Assembly (NCBI GenBank): GCA_951406725.2
Contig: OX597822.1
Coordinates: 58,404,001 to 58,468,000, forward strand
Direction: 5' to 3'
Source: Octopus vulgaris
Lineage: Eukaryota
Length of the DNA stretch: 64,000 bases
The stretch's first letter is position 1; every line of letters begins with the position of its first letter. Shown here piece after piece: positions 1-13,115 of the stretch. Under the pieces are notes generated by a model. It was not told the DNA's origin. It did no database searches and saw nothing but the letters and a program-made list of their open reading frames with translations. The translations under genes were made by a program, and so were the position numbers.

Positions 1-715
1 GAAATCTCTTGGAAAAAAAATATCTCTGATAGAACAGGATTGTCTGAGGACAAATGTTTTCCCTCAATTGTAAGCAGGAGTTTCAGATCTATATAGATCT
101 GACCTCACTTTCTCACACCCTCTCTCTATCTCTCCCAAGATTAAGTAGAAATTAAATATTGATATGATTAATACAGAAGTGGTTGGATAAGAGGCAGGGA
201 AAGGTTCAAGGAGGTGGAGATAAAAGATATATAAAACAAATTTAAATAGTTGGATGCCCCACCCCTTCAAATGTCAAAAGGGGAGACAGTAGCACCCAGA
301 CACAGTGTGATGTATCAGCTGAAATAGGAGTGGCACCTGAGCATGGCACATCAATAAATGACTGAGAATAATTCAGATAACTACATACAGTGTGCTGAGA
401 GAGAGAGAGAGAAAGGGAACAAAGTACAGAGAAGGAATGGGTGAGTGCAGTGATGAGAGATATAGATATTTCTATAGGAATCTTTTAAAGTTAATGAAAG
501 TGTCCCAGAGAAATTGAAACTGAAGAATATCTGAATGAAAGAAGATCAAACAATAAAGATGATAAGACAAAATAAGTAAAAAATTTTCTGCATATTGATT
601 GTAAAATTTTCATTTGTAATAAATGTCCTTAATGTTTGAGATTCTGTTGCCGTGTCTAGTGAATAGTGAAGAGGCATGATAACTGCAGGGTATGATGTCA
701 GACTACTGATATTAA

Positions 716-937
716 CCCTTTTGTTACCACATATATTTTGAGATGTTCTGTGTTTCTTTCAATCAATTTTAGATATAATAAAGAATTTAGTAAAATAACT
801 TAGTTATCATTTAGCTGGTGTTGAGAACATAAACTGTGACTAAGGTTTGGTGGGAGATTTTAATTCAAAACTTATGAAAAGAAGACATTTGTACTACAGA
901 GCAAGAGCCGGTTTCAGCCGAGTTGGTATTGAAAGGG
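716..937. mobile_element. piggyBac-like MITE
   Basis: TTAA at 712-715 and 938-941; ends CCCTTT...AAAGGG with imperfect ~15-bp TIRs. Confidence 0.7.
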
Positions 938-1147
938 TTAAGGGCAAGGGTAAAAATATTGGTAGATCCACTGTACTGTTCCTCTAGTTAAATACAGTCA
1001 CTAACCCTCTAAATAAGAGCAACAGTTGAAACCTTGATAGTCTACTGCACTTCTAAATAAGGGCAAGATTGCAAACTGGTACTATTTCCAGGTAAGGGCA
1101 GCAGTTGAAATCTGGGTATAACAGCAGTGATACACATCCTTCATTAA

Positions 1148-1369
1148 CCCTTTAGCATTCAACTTATTCTTTCAAATGTAATGCTTATTGACTCACATTG
1201 TTTTGCATTAATCATGCATCATCTCGTAGCTTTGAGATTTTGATGAGGCAACAGTTAACTCTTTAGAATGACAATGTAGGGTAAGTGTGAGAGACCAGAT
1301 CTGACCAGTTTGAACATAAAATGGATAGAATATTTTGGCCAGATATTTGCTGGTTTAAATGCTTAAGAG
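1148..1369. mobile_element. piggyBac-like MITE (second family)
   Basis: TTAA at 1144-1147 and 1370-1373; ends CCCTTTAGCATT / AATGCTTAAGAG (10/12 inverted match). Confidence 0.7.
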
Positions 1370-1614
1370 TTAAAACAATGGTTGGCGAAAAATAACAAGC
1401 CTAAATACATTTTCAACTGATGAGTGGATGTGAGACAACTGACAAATCAATTTGTGAATATGCTAACTGCTGCATTTGTAATTTCATCGTCATTAACATA
1501 TTACTACAGTGTTAACTTAGTAAGTAGGAGCAGTAATAGTAAAGAAGGACTACTACCAGCACAACTACAAATTTAATCATTATGAACTTGATCAAGAGTG
1601 ATGGAACACTTAGA

Positions 1615-1770
1615 AAGCATTGGTTTGAAATTTTGGCACAAGGCCGGCAGTTTTGGGGGAGGGAATTTGTTGATTACATTGATCCCAGTGTTCAACTGGT
1701 ACTTGTATATCAATCCCGAAAGGATGAACGGCAAAGGTGACCTCTGCAAAATTTGAACTCAGAACGTAAA
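1615..1770 (-). mobile_element. SINE family B, degraded partial copy
   Basis: Reverse complement resembles the body of the 16203-16416 copy (...cctttgccgttcatcctttcggg...aagtaccag). Confidence 0.7.
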
Positions 1771-4279
1771 GATGGACAACTCAATATAAGTTTGTCTGCA
1801 TTTTATTCCCTCTTGTTACAAGCCACACTGACAGACATCAACAACCATGGACCTCCATACCTTCCTGTCCAACACCCTATGTGTTGTTGTGTATATTATG
1901 TGAAGTCTAAAGCATCAGGATTTTTGTTAGAAAAAATACAGCATTGGTTTCCTAAAGTTTACTCTGCTAGTTTCTTGCACTCTCAAGTTTACCCTTAAGG
2001 TTTAAGGACTATTTAACCCTAAGACAGGGAGACTGGGTCACATGACATCAGGGTATATCCACAAACTGGTAGTCCTGTATGACATGTGCAAGGGCCAGCC
2101 CTCCTCCATTCCAGTATGCCTTAACCACAGCACCATCTGATATTGACACATAACTGGGGCTCTTAACAGGTACTGTAACACCAGGTCAGAGCAAACCTGG
2201 AAGTAGTGGTGAATAAGGGGCAATTCCATATTCCCCCAAACTCCTGAACTCTCAAATTCAAGCCCCACCACCAAATACAGTTTAAAGTCATATCCAAAAA
2301 TCAGTAAAGCAACTAACAAAATTACTTTACAGTAAGTTTTACCACTTTACATTCTGAGTTCAAATAGTTCCTAAGTTGAGTTTGTCTTTTCTACTACTGG
2401 GTCCAATAAAATGAAAGGACCAATGCAGCGCCAAAACTAATATAGTCCCTTGTTCTTTTCCACAAACATGTGCTTTTGTGCTTATGTTGGAAATCATTAC
2501 TGCTTCTTTTTCTTATTCACAAGTATCTCGTTCCAGCATGGAAATCGGATTTTTATTTTCAAAAACATTAACAATAAGCATTTTAAGGCCAATTCTTCCC
2601 CCGGCTAAAACAAGAGTTATTCTTGAAGGGCCCCATGACAGTCTTCTGTATTTTGTCCTGTCTTCTACATCTCCCCTTGCCCTTATTTTCCTCTTCCATC
2701 ACCTTGAACCAGGTCTTTTAGTCTTCCTCTATATCCTTCTACATTCATTTCCATCTCTCCTTTCAATCAATCACTTTCAGAAACAAGAAACACCAGGCAC
2801 CAGACCATTGTAAATCAACTTCAGTTGGATTCACAAATTTCAAGTTCTAGCAAAGAGTACCATAGGATGTTTTGCAGTGCACTATATCCTATATAACCAT
2901 ACTCATCACGGAGCCTCTTTCTGAGGCAGCAATTTACAATCAGATGCTCTTTCTGATGCTAAACCTTTTAGTCACAACTTATGACATGAAGGGAAGTGAT
3001 GTACCAATTCTAAACTGGGATTTTTTTTTACTAGATTCTGTTCCAAACAAGTGTCGGAGCCATTGTAGTATAAAAGACTATAAAGAAGGAAAAGAAGGAG
3101 CCTACAAATTCAACAGAAAGCTTAAAAGACTGAATATCATAGAGCGAAGGAAAACAAGATGTTTTGGAGATCAGCAGTTTGAGAAAAGAGGCTATTAGAA
3201 TGAAAGTATTTATGACTAAAAGGAAGTTCAACAGAGAAGCTACACTGATATTTTATCCTAAATATTAAAACTTACACTATTTAGTTAATTGTAATTTCAA
3301 AGAGACTTGGTTACATTTTCCTATCCCAACACTCCATCTTAATATGTATTCTTTCCACCCACCACACCATTATTTTCTTTCTTTTTAATCCAGTGTTGCC
3401 TTTAACACTTAAAATGTCATGATATAATGCTCTAATTGGGTTCAAGCAAATATTTTTTTTAAATTTTAGTCATCACCATCATCATTTAACATCCGTTTTC
3501 TATGCTGGCATGGATTGGAAGGTCTGAGAACTGTTGGCAAGCTAGATGACTGTGCCAAACTCCAAAGTCTGTTTTGGCTTAGTTTCTATGGCTGGATGTC
3601 CTTTCTGCTTTACAGGGAGTACTGAGTGCTTTTTACAAGGCACCAGCACTAGGGATTGAAATACATAATTATCAATACCAAATTTGGTCTCTATCCCAAT
3701 CTCTTTACATTTTCTGTTTGTCCAATTGATAGCATTATACTAAAAAAAAAATACAATTGTTGATAATTTATAGTTTTCAAACAGATATAAGAAATTCTAG
3801 AAGAAATATAATTCAAAGAAATATAACCATAATTGAAGTTCTAATAATATCCTGTAGTAAACATATTCTACAGTGATAATTTGGCAGTAAACAATATCAG
3901 CACTTATAAATTAAAATTCCAAACCAATGTAAAAACAAACTATTACTCAACCAAGCATGAGTATGTTAAAAAAAAATCTTCACTTTGGCTTTACTTTACA
4001 ATCAAGTAAGGATCAACTGGTATAGTACTGTTTGGGGCCATCCATACATACATACCCCTTCCCCTGAAATTGCTGGCCTTGTACCAAATTTTGAAATTAA
4101 TATATATAAAACGGATTCTGCTTTAACTTCATGAGAGAGATGTGTACTCAGTAAGCTGAAGCAAGTACAATATGTCAAAGTAAGCAATAACTCTATACTA
4201 GCAATGCACTCTAGCGTTGCCCAGGTGTTGTGACCTACAGCCACATTGTATTATATATATATATTTATTTATGCACCTT

Positions 4280-4560
4280 TTTCAAGCCTAACCAGGCTCA
4301 TGGGCCTGGTTTCTGTGGCATATGTGTTCCCCCCAGCTGGACGGGACGGCAGTCCATCACAGCATTACTCAAGAAACAGGAAAAAAGAGAGAAAGTTGGG
4401 CGAAATAGTACAACAGGAGTTGCCACCACCCCCTGCTGGAGCCTCGTGGAGTTTTAGGTGTTTTCGCTCAATAAACACACACAATGCCCGGTCTGGGAAT
4501 CGAAACCGCGATCCTCCGACTGTGAGTCCGCTGCCCTAACCATTGGGCCATTGCACCTCC
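4280..4560 (-). mobile_element. tRNA-derived SINE family D
   Basis: Minus-strand head GGAGGTGCAATGGCCCAATGGTTAGGGCAGCGG...GGTTTCGATTCCC (A and B boxes); head and body match the 37156-37537 copy. Confidence 0.75.
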
Positions 4561-6842
4561 ACACACACACACTCAAATTTTAGTCCAAGTGGAAAGTACA
4601 CACCACACACAATGCACTCCAGCATTGCATCCCGACCAATGAAGGGACACGCACTGTGGGTGGACTCGTATGCGTATTTGACCTTACTTTGTCCTCACAT
4701 AGATACGCGGTGTTCTTGTCTTCACTAAGGTTATCAGCACAAACATTTGTTTTCCATTGCACCACTCATGTTATAGTATATGCTCAACCACTATGAAGAA
4801 TAGAGAGATTGTAGCAAAATCCTTACAAACTTTGGAGCTTATGGAATGAATAGTAGGCATGAATATATATTACTAACGATAAGCAACTTTGCATAAATTG
4901 GTTTGAATAAAGAGAAAAATGTTAAAGGCAAAAAGCTTGAAAGGTTTCAGTCACTGTTTCACATCTTTACCACTCTTAAATGAATATAGGATCTTACTGT
5001 GCTTAATTCTTGAGGTAATTTTATTGACTTTAAACCCGAGTCGTTTGCTACCAAGAAAATCTACATGGACAAATTGTTTGCGATAGTAATGCCAGAAGCA
5101 ATCACAATTATGTCAGAACACAGTTCATTAGTCAATTTTCCATTGAAAAATGGGGCTTTGTGCAAAGAAATGGTATCACAATACTTCAAAGACATTGTTT
5201 GATTATGGAATACTGGAGATGTTCGCATTAGCAGTTTAGATGTGGTACAAAGGCCATTACTGACAGAAAACATGGCAATAATTGTTCCAAAAAAAGCATG
5301 TTTTTGGTCATTTTCCATTGACAAATAGGATTTTGTGCATCACAAATACACTCATAACATTCCTTGTACATTGCTGCATTTTTTTACATGAAAAACATTA
5401 GAAGCAAACCCAAATATTGCCCAAGAATGACCTCAAAATTGTGCAACCCAACCTTGTTTTCAGGCTTATTTTTTGTAGTAAAAAAGAGCTGTTGTGCAAA
5501 AAACATACTTCATTTGATAGCTGAAAGATTACTGAATCTTTTGATACCTCATACTGTCAAAATTGGCAATTCAGTTTTTGAATTCATAAGGAACATATGT
5601 ACCACACACAAACACACAAACTCTGTTTTATGTATATAGATAAAACCTTGCATAAGGCAGAAGAGACTCTTTAGTCTTCCACAGACTCTCAGTGCCAGTA
5701 GAATAATAAAGTCACTCCAATCTATGCTGTAAAATGATTGGTGATAGGACATCCAGCTATAAAAATACTTGCCAAAACACATGACCTACACAATAACAAG
5801 GTCTAGCAGTTTTCCTCTTAATCTATGTGGCAAAAAAAGAGGGGGAAAAACATGATATAGTGTGACTCATCTAATCCTTACAAACATGGGAGGAAAGAAT
5901 AGATATACAAATGATGATAATGATGATGATGACAACTGAATATCATCATCATTTAATGTCCATCTTCCATACTGGCATGGGCTGGACAGTTCAACAAGAG
6001 CCAACAAGCCAAAGAATGTGCCAAGTTCCAATGGTAGGGTCTATGCTGAGTGCCCTTTCTAATGCCAAACACTTTACAAAATGTACTGGCTGCTTATTTT
6101 ATAGCACCAACACTAGTGAGGTTACCAAATAACATACAAAACCCCTTCACAGAATGGGGATGTAGTACTGAGGAAGGTGGAATTGTTTCCAGGTGTTGAA
6201 GGGATAAAGTATGATAGAGGGACAGAAGCAGATATCTTGATGTAGATGTGATACATGGGCACCCCAGCAGGAAAGGGAGAAAGGATGGTGGAAATAAAGT
6301 ATCAGGGCATAATACTCAAGGTACAAAAAGGTGGATAGAGAAACAAAATAGAAGGGGTCATAATATCTAGGATGGCTGGGTGGACAGGTAAGGGGAATGA
6401 AGTGAAGTGTGGGTAGAGTGAAAAAAACCTCAGAAAACTGGAGAGGGGGAAGCCTAAAGGATACAGTTATGAGACCAAGAAAAAAAAACTTGGTTAGTAC
6501 ACTAAGTCTAGCACATAAAATACATGACTATGAGAGGGAATGTTAGTCAGAGTAGGAGTCAAACAATTTCTTAGAAGCAAGACCATTACAGCCATGCCTA
6601 ACTAAACAAAGATGAGAAAATAATACAAAACCAAGTGAAATGTTTTTAAAACATTAAACTTCATAATTCCAGCTATTGCAACATTAAGTAGTAGAGAAAT
6701 TCATCCAAGAGTAAGTGGTTAATTAACTTAAATTTAAGTTTCCCAGAACTAATTACCTGAGTAGGTAAACTGAAGTATGAAGAATTAAGTACCTGATCAA
6801 AGATTCGGCAAAACAGTGGATCAGTACAGAAAATTATTTTGT

Positions 6843-7246
6843 CTCTTCTTTTACTTGTTTCAATCATTAGACAGCAGCCATGCTGGGGCATCACCTTGAA
6901 GAAGTTTTTAATCAAATAAATTGACCCTGAAACTTATTAAATTTTAAGCCTGGTACTTATTTTATCAATCTCTTTTGCTGGGCCACTAATTTACAGGGAT
7001 GTAAACACACCAACACCGGTTGTCAAGCAGTGGTGAGGAACAAACACAGACATGCATGTGTGCACACACACATACATACACGCAATGGGCTTCTTTCAAT
7101 TTCCACCCACCAAATTTACTTATAAGCTCACAAGGCTTTAGTAGGCCCAAGACTACAGAAGAAACTTGCTCAAGGTTCTACACAGTGGAACTGAACCTGC
7201 AACCATGTAACTTGGAAGCAAACATCTTACCACACAGCAGCACCTA
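6843..7246 (-). mobile_element. SINE family A, degraded intronic copy
   Basis: Colinear with the well-preserved family A copies (e.g. 28346-28769), with many substitutions including lost CpGs. Confidence 0.75.
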
Positions 7247-9487
7247 GCATGGCATCATCATCATCTTCATAATTTAAAATCGATTTTCCCTGCTGGCATG
7301 GACTGGATTGTTCAATAGGATTCACTCGCAAGACTTTGGGCAGCCTAGGACTTGCCCAAAGTGCTACATAGTTGAACTGATCTGAAGACTATATAAAGAG
7401 AAAGCAGGTTTCCCAACCATAGAGCCATACTTGCATATATGAAGTGAAAACGATATGAAATTTTTTTAAACTGGTCAACAAGCTAATCAAGTTTTGATTA
7501 TTTCTCACAGTATATTTACTATGTAGTATTTATTTCATCAGCCCCTAAAATATTTCATCACCTTCTGTAATATTTCATCAGCTTCTGTAATATTTCATCA
7601 GCTACAAAGAGGCTAAATCAAACTAGCTATTAATTCCAAACTATTTCTGAATTGACTAGTTTTGTTTGGCATTTGTGATCAAACTATCCAACAAGTTACA
7701 ACTAGACAGATTCTTACTCACTACTTTTTTTGAATTAAAATTTTGGTTCAAAGCTCTGAATAAGTAAATTTATTTTTGTAATTAGTCTCGTTAGCTTTCT
7801 TAGACAAGTGAAATCAATGCCATGCTAGGTGCAGCTGTGTGGCAAGATGCTTGCTTTCCCAGTTACATGGTTGCAGGTTCAGTCCCACTGTGTAGAACCT
7901 TGAGCACGTGTCCTCAAAGCTCTGAATTAGTATATTTATTTTTGTAATTAGTCTCAAGTGAGATCAATATCAATGTAGTTAATGTTAAACTTGAACACTG
8001 CTTAAAAAAGATGTGGTCAAGAAAGAACTGGGTTGATTCTCTAGCTGCTGGGGAAGATGGTCGCAATCATCATTGTACATCTGCTTTTCCATGTTGACAT
8101 GGGTTGGACAGGCATCCAAGATCCAAGTTTATTCTGAACACAAAATAATAGAGATGCACAGGGGAATTTGCCAGATTCTGCAGTTAATTCTTAATTTAGA
8201 GGTAAGATAATTGAATGAATAAGGCACTAGGTTACCTGTTTATTGGACATAGCATTTTGTTATGATTCTAATCAGAACACTTTAATTCTCCATAGCCTCA
8301 GTACAGAATCGAGACTAACCATATTCCGTGTGGAAATGTTTATTGCAATATGCTGTTATGGTTCCTATCCTAGGAGGATATCTATTTGATACTCACTTAA
8401 GTCCATGAAACTAAGACTAAGCAATGACCTAATTTCTTACCCTAGGACCTAAGAAACCATCTACTATCACATACAGATGTTTAGAATACTTAGCATGTTG
8501 ACAGGTGTCTACATAAGAACTCTCTCTCTCCGCAAGGTATATTATATAAGTGTATGTTTGGCGTTAGGAAGGGCATCCAGCTGTAGAAACACTGCCATAT
8601 CTGACTGGGCCTGACGAAGCCTTCCAGCTTCACGGACCCCAGTTGACCCGTCCAACCCATGCTAGCATGGAAAGCGGACGCTAAATGATGATGATGTATG
8701 TGTGTCTTTGTGTTTGTCCCCACCACCACTTGACAACAGCATTGGTTTCTTTAAGTCCTCAAAAAGACTGACAAAGAGACTTTTAAAGTAATAAGATTGT
8801 TTCTTCTTATAGGATTCAGTACATAGTCCTCTAACATAATAACATTTGTGAGTTGGAGTCGTTAGGCCAAAACGACTGTACAAAGGTTTATTACATCTAA
8901 CTGTGGAAATTAGGTAATAGGCTTTTCTAGGAAAGTTATCCACAACAGACTACTGCATTCAATGGCATAAAAGACGCATGAGCATATTAGAAACCTATTA
9001 CCACATTTGTATGTGGTAATAGGTGGACCCAGTGTTTAAAATCCTTTCCAGAGCAATCATACTGACTGGTAATGGCATCCATGTAAGAAATCTTTATGCA
9101 AGGCTACAAATAACGCTCTCCAATATCACAAATAATGTCCTTGGACTTGATCAAACAAGGGAGCTTCTATATGATCAGCTAGAAATAGTAGCCAAATAGC
9201 ACACAGATCAAACCCTACAGTCTTGGGAAAGCAAGGATACATTGGCTAATGTACCCTAGACATCCTATATCTCCAAAAACAATGGGGAAGGGTCATAGAT
9301 CAGCCCAATAAATGAAAAAGCAACAAGGTGAATGAAAACAAAATTTTTGTTTTTAAGGAAAGCATATCGTACTGTGATCTGACAGCAATTGTGGATTATT
9401 TTAAATCCCCCACACTAATTTAATATGAAATGGATAAAAGTAGCTTTAAGATTGTGTAACATATGTCATAGTTGATATATTTAATTG

Positions 9488-9496
9488 AAAGGATAC
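9488..9496 (-). promoter_or_regulatory. U12-type (minor spliceosome) 5' splice site GTATCCTTT
   Basis: The minus strand right after exon 2 reads GTATCCTTTCAATT, matching the RTATCCTTT U12 donor consensus. Confidence 0.85.
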
Positions 9497-9637
9497 AATA
9501 GGTATAGAAGCCGCCTGGAAATCAGCTATGGTATATTTAAAATTTAAAGGGCTGACAAAGTCCAACAAATGATGTGGACATTCAGCTCTTTCCTCTGCTG
9601 TGACCTTGTTGGTAATAATATCCAATCCTTTGTATGC
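9497..9637 (-). CDS. TRIT1: tRNA dimethylallyltransferase, coding exon 2
   Basis: Pyrimidine tract plus TTGCAG acceptor. 141 nt in phase 0 encode AYKGLDIITNKVTAEERAECPHHLLDFVSPLNFKYTIADFQAASIPI (GLDIITNK and PHHL motifs), continuing exon 1 in frame. Confidence 0.95.
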
Positions 9638-9879
9638 CTGCAATAGAAAAAGCAACATTTAGAGTTAATACAATAACAATATCAAGAAATGTTGGTTAAA
9701 CAACTAGAAACTGACATAGAATATAGAATACTGGTACAACATTGATTTTTTGGGAAACAAAGATTCTGAAGCCCTTACAGATTAAAGATTTTTCTGAACC
9801 AGGGATAGCCACCTTGGTCAACGCACTCTAAATTAGATATTAAATTTACTTAAATAATTATTCTGAAGGAGTTTTTGTC

Positions 9880-10170
9880 TTGCAAGTTTTACTTGGTGAT
9901 CCTGTTGGTGCTGGTACCATGTAAAAAGCACCAGTGTTGGTGTCACATAAAAAACATTGGTGTCGGTTCCATGTAAAAAGCACTGGTGATGGTGCTGTGT
10001 AAAAAAAGCACCCAGTACACTCTGTAAAGTGGTTAGCATTAGGAAGGACATTCAGCCACAGAAACCATGCCAAAGCAGACAAGAGTCTGGTGTGGCACTT
10101 GGTCTTACCAGCTCCCGTCAAACCATCCAACTCATGCCAGCATGGAAAACAGATGTTAAATGATGATGAA
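9880..10170 (+). mobile_element. SINE/LINE-tail repeat ending in (TGA)n; related pieces near 3475-3655, 5942-6130, 8560-8695, 11690-11810
   Basis: Recurrent motif AGGAAGG(G/A)CAT(C/T)CAGC...CATGCCAGCATGGAAA...GTTAAATGATGATGA in several copies. Confidence 0.65.
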
Positions 10171-11030
10171 TTAAATAAAATACAGGCACCTGCACATTAG
10201 TATAATTGATACAAGTTAATACTGTATAGGGTACATTCAATGATGTCAATGATGATGTAATATACAAGGTACCAGGAAACTTGTCTGATAGCTACAGGAT
10301 CCCTGCTTGTAAATTGGTGTGGATTATCACCAGTGTCTGGAAAGTTAGTCTTGTACCTGTATAAGAGTGTTGGTTAGATAAACAGAAACTGACACAGGTT
10401 AAATATATTAATAATTAGACTGAGGAAAAACATTAAAAAACCACTGAAAGAAGCTTTTCCTAGCATTGACAACAATTGACATGATAATAGAAAAAACTCA
10501 GTCTAGCCACAGCATGTCGATGAGAAGAAATATGAGTGTCTAGTGCTGTATTTACAATAACTATGTAAGTGTACAATACTAAGTTCAAACCTTCAAACAT
10601 CTTTTTATAAAGGTTATCATGATTCATCAATGTTGTCCAAATGGCACACCATAAAAATTGTCTCTTAAATTGAACTTGTAATCACGTTAAATAGTCCTAA
10701 TTATGAGGATGTACTAAAAGAAAATACAAAGAGGATCAGTTAATTATGATTTTATTCAACATATTCCCCTCTCAGATTCATACTCTTATTGCAGCGGTCC
10801 TTCAGTTTTTCTAAGCCCTGTAAAAGAACTTGGAAGGTTAGGCCTCCAACCAGGCCTTTTGTGGTACTCTTAAAACCAGGAACTTTGCAGCACCCCTTTG
10901 TATATGCAAACATGTAACACTATATAACAATGATATCATGGACTATGCAGACAGCATGTAGATTATTGTATTTATTAAGAACATAGTTTCCAAGAATTTT
11001 ATTAAAACAGAGTAATTAGGTAATCCAAAT

Positions 11031-11355
11031 GGTTCAGTAGTTCGTGTATCAGACTCAGCATCATGAGGCAGTGAGTACGATTCCTGGACCAGGCTGTGTG
11101 TTGTGTTCTTGAGCAAGACACTTTATTTTCACATTGCTCCAGTCCACTCAGGTGTAGAAAGGAGTTACAACATCACTGGTGCCAAACTGTATTTGCCTTT
11201 GCCTTTCTCTTGGATAACATCAGTGACGTGGAAAAGGGAGGCTGGTATGCATCAGCGACTGCTGGTCTTCCACAAACAACCTTGCTGAGATGTGCCTCAG
11301 AGGGGAATTTTCAAGGTGCAATCTGATGGTCATTCCTGACCAAAGGGGATCTTTA
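11031..11355 (+). mobile_element. CORE-like tRNA-derived SINE family C
   Basis: TTGTGTTCTTGAGCAAGACACTTTATTT...CACTCAG segment resembles the CORE domain; colinear with 16481-17022. Confidence 0.75.
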
Positions 11356-11869
11356 CCTTTTAGTAGAAATACAAAGTGTCTAAGATATTGATGTTCATTA
11401 TTATTAATATCTGTATCAAAAGCTAATGATAATGTAAGTTAGTTAACATTGTTTAGCACTTAGTTAGCCCCACTTGAGCAAACTTATGAGCAATGGCATT
11501 CCAGCTGTGACCACTCTGTCTTTTAAGGGGTATCAAGGAAATACATTATTTAATATGTCCTCTATTTAAAATGGTAGGGTGGAATTTAAGGAGAATTTGG
11601 TAATTAAAGTGATACTAACTGGTGTCAGTTTTGGTTTTGAGAGGTGTCCAAGAATTAAGTGTTTATATAGGTCCCAATTACCTGTTGTGACCTGATTTCT
11701 ATGGTTGGATGCCCTTCCTAAAATGAACCACTTCAGAGTGTACTGAGTGCTTTTTATGTGATACCAGCACAAGTGCTTTTTACATGACACCAGCACCCAC
11801 AAATCCTCAAGAGAAAAACCTCTCGGCTGAGAGAGGAACATAGAGGACATACCTGTATGTATGGATGGC

Positions 11870-13115
11870 CACAGTTTATTTAAACTGACATGTCTTCTTA
11901 AGCACAGCAAACCACCAAAAGTCTCAGACCTTTGTCATCCCTTCTGTGAAGCCCAACATCTGAAGATCCTCTCTCACCACTTCATTCCATATCTTCTTGG
12001 AGTCTATCCCTTCCACAGGTTACTTCCACAGTTAGAGATCAGCATTTCTTTACACAGCTGTTCTCATCCATATGCATCACTTGACCATACCAGCACAATC
12101 TTCTCTCTTGCGCCTCTTAAACCTAATTTTTCGCTTAAATCATTTACATTCTGCCATACATACACAAGGACATTACTCATCCAGTAGAGCATGCTAGTTT
12201 CATTTCTTTCAAGCCTATGAATGTCCTCTATAATAACAGCCCATGTTTCACTGCCATGTAGCATAGCTGTACATACACAGGTATCATACAATCTGCCTTT
12301 CACTCTTAGGAAAAGGCCCTTTGTTACCAACAAAGGTAGTAGCACTCTGAACTTTGCTCAGCCTGTTCTTATTCTAGCAACTATGCTTTCAGAACTTCCT
12401 CCTCCACTGCTAACTTCATCACATAGGTAACGGTAGCCATCTACTATTTCTAAGGGCACCCCTACATCCTACCGACATTTGAGTAAGTCTATTCTCTATA
12501 CATTTTTAGTGTTTATTGTACCTGCACATCTGCCACACACAAAGTCTACTTTTTCTATTAACCTTTGCACAATAGCGTTGCACCTCTTATGCATCCATAA
12601 CTTGCACTGGATACACCATATGGGGTTTCTACCAACACCTTTCCTAGATATTGAACAGGGGCATCTCCGTGCTGGGATTTGAGATTTGTCCTTTTTCCTA
12701 ACTAAATTAACTCTAAGGCCTTTTGATTTCAGACCTTGCTTCCACACCTGAAATTCCCTCTCAAGTTCAGGTAGTGATTCAGCTATAAGAACAAGGTCAT
12801 CAGCATAGAGAAGATCCCAAGGGTAGCCAATCTTAAATTTCTCTGTTATGGCTTGGAGGACTATGATGAACAAGAGAGGGCTGAGAACCAATACTTGGTG
12901 TAATCCTACGTGCACATTTAATTCCTGACCTTCACCTTACTGATAGCATCACTGTACATGGTTTTTACTGCTCTCATCAACCACCTCATCTATCCTTCGC
13001 TTCTGCATTGACCTCCAGATAAGGGAACGGGGTACTCTGTCGAAGGCTTTCTCTAAATCTACAAAAGCCAAGTACAGAGGTTAATTCTTGGCTAAATACT
13101 TCTCCTGCAGTTGCC
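11870..13115 (-). mobile_element. RTE-type LINE fragment, reverse transcriptase pseudogene
   Basis: GLHQ..LSPLLF and LYADDLVL RT motifs, a Cys-rich CSISRKGVGRNPIWCIQCKLWMHKRC insert and MLHGSETW; several frameshifts. Confidence 0.9.

Noticed and set aside
4740-5640. Complex, coding-looking stretch (similar ones at 24110-24660 and 47460-48050)
   Set aside because: Stops in all frames checked and no recognisable motif; probably old TE debris, not classifiable without a search.
1-9487. Search for TRIT1 exon 3 and a U12 branch point
   Set aside because: No GGTNYY-like coding match found by eye; the GTTAAGG near 937 belongs to a MITE end.
10702-10902. Possible mariner-type MITE
   Set aside because: Only the right end resembles a TIR convincingly; the left end is too degenerate to call.
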